From assembly GCA_024704765.1 (NCBI GenBank), contig JAKMXF010000055.1, positions 885,264 to 949,263 of the forward strand: DNA of 64,000 nt. Direction: 5' to 3'. The DNA comes from Oopsacas minuta. Its lineage: Eukaryota > Animalia > Porifera. Position numbers and translations under genes: made by a program. Of the stretch, positions 39,767 to 50,561 are shown one piece after another. The notes under the pieces are model-generated. The model was not told the DNA's origin. It saw only the letters and a program-made list of their open reading frames with translations, and made no database searches. Positions within the stretch are counted from its first letter, which is position 1; each line of letters starts with the position of its first letter.

Positions 39767-41686
39767 GGGCCTCATTCACTAAACAGCTTAACTTAAGATT
39801 TGTTTAACTTTAAGCAAAAGCTAAGTATTTGAATAAGTTTTAAGCAAAAACTAACTATTTGCTTAAACTTAAGTAAAACTTAAGCAAAACTTAAGTTAAA
39901 TTTAGGTTGGTATTCACTAAACAAAACTTAAGCAAAAACTAAGTACTTGCTTAAACTTACTCAAATATTACCAAAAACTTAAGTCATGTCTATAGTTGAC
40001 TTAACTTTGATTGTCTATTAAACAATTGCAATTTTTTGTTATTAGTTATTATAGCAAGTGTAGGTTCATTTGAATATAATTATAGAATAACAGTTACAGA
40101 CATGGGGGAACGCCGTTGCCTTACTTTTAACCTAGCAATACATAAATATAGTTATGTAAAAAATTAAATTTATCAAAAATTGTGCATTATAGTACATTAC
40201 CAGGGGGAAAATTCGTTGGAAATCTGTTGGAGCAACGAATGGAAATGATTGTTGTACCAGGAGATCTATTATTACTGTTTGATTTTGTACCATTTCAGGC
40301 AGTAACTGGAGTACGTTCCCAATAGATAGCTAATTCTCTTTGATCTCTCTCAAAAGTTCCAGCCTCTCATCCTCTTTTGCAATAGAAATACGTTTTGTAT
40401 CATCGTCAATGGACGTTGCCAACTGCGAATGTTTTCTTTTCCTACTTACTGCAGGTACCTTACCGTCAAATGGGAATGAAGGACTTATTGGCATTTGGTC
40501 TGCTGATATTTGGGAACTTTGTAGCTCGGCAGAGACGTCTATTCCACAATTAATTCCCTCGAAGCATTCTGTATCCCTTATGCTACAGATCTTTTACTCC
40601 AATGGGGTTAACTCTGCATCAGCTGGTCCACCCCCAGTTTTTCTGATAGATTTTATTGTTCAGCAATTAGAGGTTTGTGCTTGCACAAAAGGTTAGACCA
40701 CTTTTTTGTGACATCAACTCTAGACTTATGCACACCGTGCTGACTTGTTAAACCACTCGCAATTTGATCCCAAAATGAAGATTTTTCTTCGAATGTTAGC
40801 GATGCACAAAGCTACCAAATAGCCTAAATTTACTTTCTTCTACTAATCAACTAATGTATTGATTTCTTCCTGCGAAAATTTTTCGATCTTGTGTTAGTTT
40901 TATCTTGTTGAAGGTCCATTTTCGAATTTATGATATAAACACTAGAAGTGTTTTCGAAGATTTATATAATTTAAAACTACTTAACTTTCCCAGCTGCTGG
41001 ATCAATCAATAGTATCTTTCCCCACCTCATAATTGTTTGTTTAGATTTTACACAGTTATTATCAAAATATTATTGGGTAATTCACCAACATTCTTCAAAA
41101 TGGCTTTCGGTGTCATATTATTATACATATTACCATATTATTAAATGGATTAGGAAACTATGATGTACTGTATTTACTCGTACGTGAATATTTGCCTACC
41201 CCAAAAAATTTCCCAACCATCTTATTCGGTCCCTGCTCGAACGGTATTTGATAGAGAAATTTCAGGAATATGGTCATGGTGCTATGACATCTTAGATTAA
41301 TGAAAATTCCCAAATAGAGATCAAATTCGTAATTTGTAGTTGAGAGGGCGAGAAATCGTAGACTAAAAATTGAGGCCAGCTACTGTTCGAGTAAATAGAT
41401 ATAGTATTACACATAGATTATTATACCTAAGTATTAAGCAAATTCAAATTATTCGCTTAAGTTTTAAACATTTAGGAATACCTCACGAAAACTTAGCAAA
41501 ATTGAAGTTATACTCAGTATTGAGCAAAACCTAAGTTTTGCTCATAACTTAAGCAAATCTTAAGTATTCTATTAAGTTTTGGATATTTAGGAATACTTAA
41601 CGAAAACTTAAGTTTTACTTAAGAACTGCTAAGTTTTACTTAACTTTAAGTTAAACAAAACTTAAGTTGTTTAGTGAATGAGGCCC
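39767..41686 (-). mobile_element. PIF/Harbinger non-autonomous element, 1,920 bp, retaining a decayed Myb/SANT-like gene (about 40930-40300)
   Basis: 19-bp TIR gggcctcattcactaaaca and a 3-bp TSD CAG (39764-39766, 41687-41689). Minus-strand DRKFSQEEINTLVD and FWDQIASGL...DVTKKWSNL. No intact DDE transposase. Confidence 0.88.
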
Positions 41687-42603
41687 CAGATCAATAATGG
41701 TATGAAGAAGAGAGTCAACTCGCAAACATATATATAGTATATACTATGTTCATAGTGAAATCTTAAAAACTTAGCTGTACGATGGCGTTTACAGACCATG
41801 CGATTGTATGGCCGTTAGCTAAATTTTTGGAGCTCTGGCGAATAGTTAATCGAAAATGTTCCTCATGTTGTCAATATTGGTATGGAATAGGGTCTTTTCT
41901 TTTCACGCCGATTTGTTATTTTGTATCCGAAATTTTTTCAGTAAAGGATATGAAGGCGATCATACAATTTGTAAATATATTTTACTCCGAAAATATTCCT
42001 CAAATTCTAATCGTTTCATCATTTTACAAAAGAGTACAGTATACTCACATTATACTAAATACAAATATGCGATAGCTAAACAATATTACTAAATTTTCAT
42101 GATTCTAAGTAGTACTGAGTCTATTCTATGTATTCTAATAAAGTTGCAATGCTCAGCAACATAAGCCCAATAGCCCGTAATCATTTGTATTCTCCGCGAA
42201 TTTGGAAAGATATGCAAAAAATTCTGCAGTTTAGAGAACATGATCAAGAGAAAAAACGAGCCAAAAGGTAGTGTCTTGATTACAGTATACCTCATCCAAA
42301 ATGTAACATCTCAAAAGTAATAACTATCAGATTTCGTGTACATATATATTATCTTAATCTTGCATAAGTTATAAAGGTTAGTTGTTATATTATTTCAATG
42401 CATGAAGTCATTCTACAATTTTGAATTTAGGAGGAAAGTTTATTGGCCCTGTTGAATGTTCAAATCAGATGAGATAAAAGCAGCCAAAACTATTTCATGC
42501 TTTATGTTTATCAGCTTGTATAAGAAATGGTCTAGTGTTGTGTGTTAGTTGCCACTAACCAATTCTAAAGCAACACATTTACTTACAATTATTCAACAAA
42601 TAA

Positions 42604-44584
42604 CACAGGCCTACACTTTTTAGTTGTATTGATTTAGTCAACTGATATATACTAATTCTGTATTGCTGATTCCGATTATTCAGTCAGTTTCTCCCTAATA
42701 TGTCAAGTTATGTCAAGTTATCTCACAATCCTATTACTACATTTATAGAACAAAATGGTTCCAACCCTTATACGTTAAATTGGATCAATTAAATTTCTGA
42801 AAATATCAATATTTCATTCACTAGGAATAATGATATAATTGTTACTAATATGAATGGAAGAAAGTGATACTATAAACATGTAATATGAGCACTATTCAAT
42901 CGAAAAATTTTCTCTTGTTTGACTTTCTTGAATGTTGTTCGTTAGGACAATCTCTTTTTAGGCACCAACAGTAATCTGCCATCATATGTGTGCCCCATCT
43001 TCCTTGATATCACTGTTCCATCACTTTTATGTCTTGATGGAATCGTTCACCTTGTTCTTCACTCATATCACCTAGATTATCCGGAAATCTATCAAGATGG
43101 TCTCTCAAATAATGAGTTTTAATACTCATATTACAGCCAAGAGCATGAGAGCTGTCGACTAACTTTGTGACTAGTTCTTTGTTTGTAGTTGGATGCCTTT
43201 TTATTACCAAGGAAATTAGAAACGACATTAGAGAAAGCCTACCACGCTCTCTTCTCTTCCTCGTTCATTGAATCTTTGAAGCTGTTGTCCCTAAGTAACT
43301 TGCGAATCTGTGGACCTTCAAATATCCCTGCCTTTTTCTTCTCTTCACTGATGTCTGGAAAATAATTTCGGATATACTTGAAACAATATCTGTCTTCATC
43401 CAGTGCTTTGATGAATTGCTTCATTAAACCAAGCTTGATGTGGAGAGGAGATAGAATTATTTTATTTGTATGTGAAAGGGTTATTAATTACATTTTTGTC
43501 CCAAACTTTCAAACATTCTCTCGAAGGTCACTTTCCCTTATCCAATGCTGGTTCCTATCTCTACTGTCCAAATAACAAAGAAAACAGGGGTACTTAGTGA
43601 ACCCAGATTGTTGCCCTAATAGAAAGTTGACCATTTTGAGATCAACACAGATGACCCAATCATGTGCAGAGTAGTTAATAATCTCTATTATTTCTTTCAC
43701 ATTTATTGTACTCCTCTTTGAGTTCAACTGAATATCCTATATGAATTGAACCGAATATATTTCCCTTATAGAGTAGTACACATTTCAGACTCCTTTTGGA
43801 GTTGTCAATAAACAGCCTCCAGTCACTTGGATTGTAGTTCGGAACTCCCATTGCCAGTAGAAGACCCTCAACATTTGGATAAAACACCAAACCATTCTTT
43901 TCGCAGAAATACTGTTGAAACTCTTGCTCCCTGTAACGATATAATGTTACATTTGTTCCTTGATGAAGTAGATTCTTTTCTTTCAATCTAGATGCAAGCA
44001 ACTCAGAAGATTCTTTCGAGAGGTCAAGGTCACGAATTAAATCATTCAATTCCGCTTGGTTAAATAGAGAAGGCTCCGAGGAAGGACCTTGAAAATCAAC
44101 ATCATATTCACAGTCATGATCATTGACTTCATCCGAATTTGGTACCATCTTCATCATCATAGAGTCCGAGAAACTTTGTGAATATTGGTACAGGTAGATC
44201 ACTACAATGAGGGACTGGTCGAATAGCAGATTCTAAATTTGGGTAATTCAGCAGGTGTCTGTCACTCTTTTGCAGCCCATAACATTTACCATGCAGAAAT
44301 AACAATCATCGAAATGATTTTTTGATTCTCTCCAAATCATAGGAATTCCGAAAGGGAGGTGTTTCTCTCTACCCTTACTCCAATACCTCAATAATTCTAT
44401 ACAAGATTTACAGACCTTATGAGGTGCCCAACTTTTGTCCTGGTCGCCCAGCTTAACTTTGAAATACGCATGGTAAGCTCTATTCACAAATTCAGTAATA
44501 TTCTGCATCTGAGGTTTCGGAGTATAGGAACCACAAATATAACAAAAAATGTCTGGAGAATTGAAACACTTTCTTTTCGACATA
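42604..44584 (-). mobile_element. Chapaev3-like element 1; transposase pseudogene 44583-42896; its 5' flank continues beyond the pogo insertion (from 49636)
   Basis: Motifs CYICGSY..DQDKSWAPHKVCKSC..WRE..HFDDCYFC, FIDNSKRSLKCVLL, WVICVDLKMVNFLLGQQSGFTKYPCFLC, LHIKLGLMKQF, SEEQGERFHQDIK, MMADYCW. Terminus CACAGGCC at 42604 is preceded by TAA. Confidence 0.85.
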
Positions 44585-45313
44585 CAATAGAAGCTCGCAA
44601 ACCGGGGCACCTTGGCGTTTCTGAAATGTGCCCCGGTTTGCGAGCTTCACAATATTTTCAAAATGGATTTAGATTATGCTACAGTCTAGACTTCTTTTCA
44701 CTTAAATAGACATGATTACATTGTTTAATAGATTATTCCAAACAATATCTATATTGCAAGTCAATAAATGGTAATATAATTGAATATTCGAACCCAGTAT
44801 TGGGCTTACTTATGATCACTGGCGAAGTAGTCACTAATTTGGGACTGTTTTTGTTCTTGGGTGTGTCTTGCAGCTACTACCAACAAGTAGTTTTCAAGTT
44901 TAAAATTTCCCCCAAGAACTTCCCCATCACCACAACCCAAGGCATACATCTGAAGCACTCGAATAGCTTCTAGTGCGGATTTTGAAGTCGGGATAGGAAA
45001 AGCTTCAGATAGATCACCCTCAGAATCGCATTCAATTCCACAATCTTTGTCATGGACGTTTAGCCTTTGGGTCACATTAATTAACGCTTCCTCAAAGAGC
45101 TCTTCAGGACTGATTACAGGGGGAAAATCCCACATTCGTCATTTTCTTCTATCTGAATTTGAATCTCCTCTGGATTTATGATCATGGGTAGCTCGGGGAC
45201 AACAGTTGCAACTCCAAACCCGCACTTTGAAAAGCATTTTGAGATTGTTTGGGCATTCACTTGATTCCAGGCTCGAGATGCCCAAAGTATAGCAAGAGCT
45301 ATTGTAATCATTT

Positions 45314-48295
45314 CACAGTGGCACGGCATGTGGAAATAGGTGAAAAAAATAAAACCTCAAATTGCTTTATAGTGTTGATATTTGAATTCAGCACCCCCAC
45401 AAACCTCGGAAAACATTTGACATCTCTACAATAGACTTTCCATTTAGCTCCTACGTCTATTCCAATGAGAGCATAATTGAAATTCGAAAGATTGATTTAT
45501 GGTTTCAATTTTCGGTCATGATGTAATTTTGAATAATATGGATTCTCCACGTCAAATAACTGCTATTTATAGTATACCAATCGAAAGCTCTTATGTTGCT
45601 GAATAATAAATCACGTTAATCTTGGCTCCAATGAACAGATGGAATTTACTATTCTCATTTTAAACAAGCTTGTTCGTACAAGTGCAATAAATAGAAACAC
45701 GTTTCATTAAAACTCTAGTACTTTTTTTGCCTTCCCTAGCGGAACTTTCCATTGCACTTTCCTAATAGCTCTTTTCGTCCTCTACAAAATACACTTTAAA
45801 TTATGGTGTCAGGAAGTGTCAACGATATTTTTTTTTGCGATTTTAAATATAATCCATTCACAATTATCTAATTTTTGGCCCATATAAATCATAAATAATT
45901 GTTGTGGTTGTTTATTAGCACATTTTTGATTATGAATAACGAAGATGCATACACGTTCTTAACTGCACAAAAGAATAAAACAATCACTTCTCTCGCGTCC
46001 TCGTTTATTGTCCTCAATAATTTGGAAGAAACAGAGCATGATACAGTTCGGAGAAAATTTTCGACCCTCAGAGAAGATAGGAGAGAATACCTGAAACGAG
46101 CCGATATAACTACTTGGAATGCGATACCTTTTCATACACCACTTAAACACCCGAGATTGAGTACAGGTTATCAATGCTCAGATGAAGTCATAGTGATAGG
46201 GAGTGTTTCTTCTAGCCAATCAACCTCTGTTTTCGAAGAAGATTTTAGTAAGCCCACCCGTAAGCCTCTGAGGGAATTATCAACTAAAGGTCTTCGCAGC
46301 CGATTGTCCTCCTTACTAACACATCTTGAAAAGGTTGTTGTACAAGAGAATGTTTCCAGTAAAGAACTATCCTGTTACCTGATGATGCTATGTTCACAGA
46401 CTGAATACGACTTTACTACTACCAAGTTCTGTAAAGAAATTATTGCTAAGGGAAGCTTCGGTCCAGTCTGCAATAAACTAACCTGCCATAAAGCTGCGTT
46501 CTTGATGGATTCTTTAGAAATTGGAAAGAAGAAATACATCGATTTAAGACGTTTATTGCTTTCAGATGTCCAGCTTCCAGGTTACAATCGATTAGCTACC
46601 CATCGATCTCAAATTTGCTTGACTAATGACATCTTTTCAGTTGATCGAGAACATTGGGTAGGCATTGCTGTATCTTACAAAAAGCTTCTGACTCATACAG
46701 TAAACAGAATATTGACTGCTTCTGCCAATGAAATTCCCAGCGCCAGCAATCCTAAAAGGATACGAATTTCAGATGGACTTGACGGTTCTGGCTCTCACCG
46801 GGTTTATCAGCAAGCGACTCACCCCAATATTTCAACAAAAAGTTTTATTTTATTCGGGTTTAAGGTGATTTCCATATCCGACACCGATAACAAACTGATT
46901 TGGAAAAACCCTCTATCAAATTCTCCTTTCTCAATTAGACCCGTTGCGATACTAGCTCTACAGGAGAACGAAGACAATATTCGATATCTTATGGATACAC
47001 TAATCAATAAGGAGTCCACAGAGATAACGGAAAAGGGTTTAGAACTAACAAGCGGATTTTGTGAAGTTGAAATTCAACGTTCACAATTGGATGGCAAAAT
47101 GGCTAAGATTATTAGTGGAGCTGGGGTGCATGTTGCCAGTTCTGCACAGCGACATTCAAACAAATCCATGATCCGGATATCGTAAAAGACGGTTTTCCAA
47201 TTAATCGATCCATCACAGACCTGAAAGTATTATTTGATGAAGTTAACGAAGAGGAGTTTCTATCATTATCTTCTGACAACAGATTCAACGTTACACACAA
47301 ACCAATATCTGACTTAGAAATCATACCCAGTTCGCCTTTGCATGCATATCTCCGATGTTTTGGCTGGTTTTTACATCTAATTAGCCATTTGCACGCAGGA
47401 GTATTTAAGTGGTCACCAACTTCTAAGAGAGTCTCAGATGCTAAAACTTTCGTTACAAGTTTAATTAAAGACAATCTCAATATTATTATTGACATCCCTT
47501 CAACACAAGGTGGCACAACGACTACTGGTAATGTGGTAAGACGATGCTTGATAAGAAAGGATGACAACGATCAAGATTTTCTCTACTGGGTTTTGACAGT
47601 GATCCCGTCTGAGTTCAAGTCCCACATAATTGAAATTCACACATGCCTAGGAGCAATCCTACGCGTCTATAATAGCAGCAGAAGAGTGGATACAGAAGAA
47701 CTAGCGCTTGTTTGCAGTAATATCTACCAGTCAATTCTCTGTGCATTTCCTTGGGCTAATGTTTCCCCGACGTTACACAAACTGTTAGCACATGCACCGG
47801 AAATCATCTCAACGTTTAATGATGGACATGGGCTAGAGAACTTATCTGAAGAAGGACTAGAGGCTTCTAACAAATATATTCGGAGATACAGAGATCGTCT
47901 TGCTCGCAAGTTTTCATTTGAAGAAAATTTAAAGGATGTATTTGTTCGATTGATTTCTCACAGTGATCCCAAGCTGTTAATGAATCGCAAGTTTTCTATT
48001 CCAAGGCCTCCATCTAGCCAAGATATTTTAGTGAACACCCTTATTCGTGATCATGAAGATCATAATGATGATTAAAAGTAAACCTCTCAATCGATTAATA
48101 GAAAATTTGGGGAATTTTCACACCTCAGATAGGTGACAATGACGTCATAACTTTGTCACCTGAAGGGATAGAGAAAAAATGAGTATCCCATTCGATTCGT
48201 TGGGCTCGAAAACCTATATGACAATAATACATTTTGAGGACCTATGTGCCATCAAAATGCCTATTTCCACATTCTGACCATTTCGTGCCACTGTG
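45314..48295 (+). mobile_element. RAG1-like (Transib superfamily) transposon, 2,982 bp, full length
   Basis: Both ends begin CACAGTGGCACG (45314 and the reverse complement ending at 48295). 5-bp TSD CATTT at 45309-45313 and 48296-48300. Removing the element restores the pogo frame. Confidence 0.95.
45932..48075 (+). CDS. RAG1-core-like/Transib transposase, about 714 aa when the single 1-nt frameshift in GGGG at 47123-47126 is repaired
   Basis: DDE motifs GLDGSG, QLDGKM and SEEGLEASNK. Zn ligands CQFC and HKLLAH. NSPFSIRP motif and an NBD-like RKPLRELSTKGLRSRL. Adding one G joins ORFs 45899-47185 and 47338-48075 through GAGGACCQFCTAT with no stops. Confidence 0.9.
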
Positions 48296-50561
48296 CATTT
48301 TATAAGGGTCACCGTTGGGTTTATTAATGTTGTCAATATTCACCATATGTGTCAATAGATGCTCATGCACCTGTTTACGAAATAGCAATTTGAGAGACTG
48401 GATAATACCGGCATCTAATGGTTGGGTGCAACTCGTGGTGTTGCAAAGGAAATGTGTGAGCTGCACTGCCTTTAAACTAAGCTCATCAGAGGCTTTGTGG
48501 ACACTTGCATTGTCCATGAACATTAGGATTTTCCTACCTGATTTGTACATTCTGTTGTCGAAGTCCTTCATCCAAGAGCAAAATATAAGACCAGTCATCC
48601 ATGCCTTCCTCTGAGCCTTGTACACAACAGGTAATTTGGACATGTCTGCACCTTTCAAAGCCCTTGGTTTCTCGCTCTTCCATATCAGGAGTAGTTTCTC
48701 TTTTTCACCAAGCATGGATGTACAGATCATGAGAGTGAGGCGAGATTTGTCCTGTTTAATACCATGAGCGGCATCTTTAGGAAGAACAAGGTACGTGGTG
48801 GTTGTTACCCTGAAATATAACCCAGTTTCATCTAGGTAATAGATATCTTCCGGCTTATAAGACCTAATGACCCTAGGTAAGTCCTCTTCCCAATTCTTGA
48901 GAACCACCTTTTCAACACCTGCTGGATCACCGCTAAGTGCTCTTCCGCAGATTCCATGACGCGCTTTCACTCTCGAAAGCCATCCCTCTGAAGCCTTAAA
49001 TCCCTCCACTCCATTAGCACTAGCTTCTCTCTCAGTAGGGTACGAAGCATAGGGCCAGTTACGGCCATTCCTCGATCTCGGCTAATTTCAGGAATTCAAT
49101 AACAGCAGTTTCGATACCTTCGTACATGGGAACAACAACAGAGTGCTTTCGTTTCCTGATGTTCTCAGGGATTTCACCTGTTTCGTCTATATGTAACTGA
49201 ATGGCCACGCGATTCGATTTGATACGGTTAATTGTTCCTTACCCACATTGAAGAATTCAGCCACTATACGCTCACTCTTGCCATCATCCAACATCCTAAG
49301 AGCATTGTGTCGTTGTCCGATGGTTAGGGCAGACTTGTGTGAAGATTTGATAGTAGACATGTAGTTTTTATAGTAAAAAGGAAAACTAAGCAATTAATAT
49401 AATTTGGTTGTTCTCTGTTCAACGGTTTGTTGTCCAGAATTGATTGGCTACAATTTATACAGCTTAGTGCACCCTAAGGGCTGGATACAATGAAGACTAA
49501 GGGCACAGATACAATGGAAACAAGGCGCCCCGGTTTGGGGGAGAAATTTAGGTGGGAAAAACCAAAATGATGGAAGGTGCCCCTGTTTTGGAGATGCCGC
49601 GGTTTGCGAGTCCCCCGGTTTGCGAGCTTCTGCTGTATAGGATTGAATGGAAATATATCTTAGTTATAGCGCAATAATTGTTCTTTCCCTTGAGGGTACG
49701 TTATATCCGAGTCATAGTGTATTATGTATTGATAGTGAATGTTTCACACAAAAACCTAGAGAAAAATGTGAAAATTACAAAAAATTTGGAGATAGCGGAG
49801 AATATGGAGCAAATTATTATCAAATGGCCATTTAGAGGGCAATATGTACAAAACTATACTCAACTAGCAGAGCACACTTGACTCGATGGGGTTGGGACAA
49901 AATTTGAGAATGAAAAAAATTTCCAAAAATATTCGAGTGACAAGTCAAACGACAAGAAAACGTTCGCCCATCTCGAATATCAACATAAAATCCGATTCGG
50001 TTTAAATCAGTGAGTTATATAAAAGTAATACCTTCAAAATGGCATTCTTCAGAAGATCTACACCATCCTTTACACTAGAAATATCCTATGTTTGAAATAT
50101 GCTAAACTGAGAACAACATTATCCTGGAGAATCCATCATCAACAACTTGGTATTTTGCCACTTTCCGAAAATAGGGATCAACGCTTGGTCAAAGAAAAAG
50201 TCGTAGCAACTTATGATAAGGTAGCATCCTAGTAAGAATCGTATTGCAACAGACCAAAACATGTATACTGTTCTGTAAGTCGGATAAACATGACTACTCA
50301 CCGTTCTCAAGTGTTGGAATGAGATTGGATAACGAACTTGATATAAAAGAAGCATTAAACAGGAGCTCTACGAAATAGATACATTGACCAACTTTCTAGA
50401 TGAACGTTGAGATGCATAACTGTAGGATATCACTCATGTATCGGAAAGTTGAGGATACTCAACAATGCCTCATTGCTGCAAATGTAATGACCCTGATGAT
50501 ATTCAGTGATATAATCTCGTTTGAAATGAGAATACAGCCCGATCTATACCCTTATTGATAA

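Larger units (their letters stand above)
44585..49635 (-). mobile_element. pogo/Tigger element (about 2.06 kb without the nested insert); transposase 49360 to 44806, interrupted by the RAG1-like element
   Basis: TIRs ca(a/g)(t/c)agaagctcgcaaaccgggg with TA flanks at 44583-84 and 49636-37. Has HTH_psq start, CENP-B HTH (FKASEGWLSR), DETGLYF, MDNASVH and QPLDAGII. The C-terminus (AWNQV...TISKCF, KQSQISDYF) resumes left of 45314. Confidence 0.93.

Noticed and set aside
45321-48288. RAG2-like gene within the RAG1-like element
   Set aside because: Only about 600 bp upstream and 220 bp downstream of the RAG1-like ORF. The antisense ORFs (45959, 46819, 47112, 47724) show no kelch/GG repeats.
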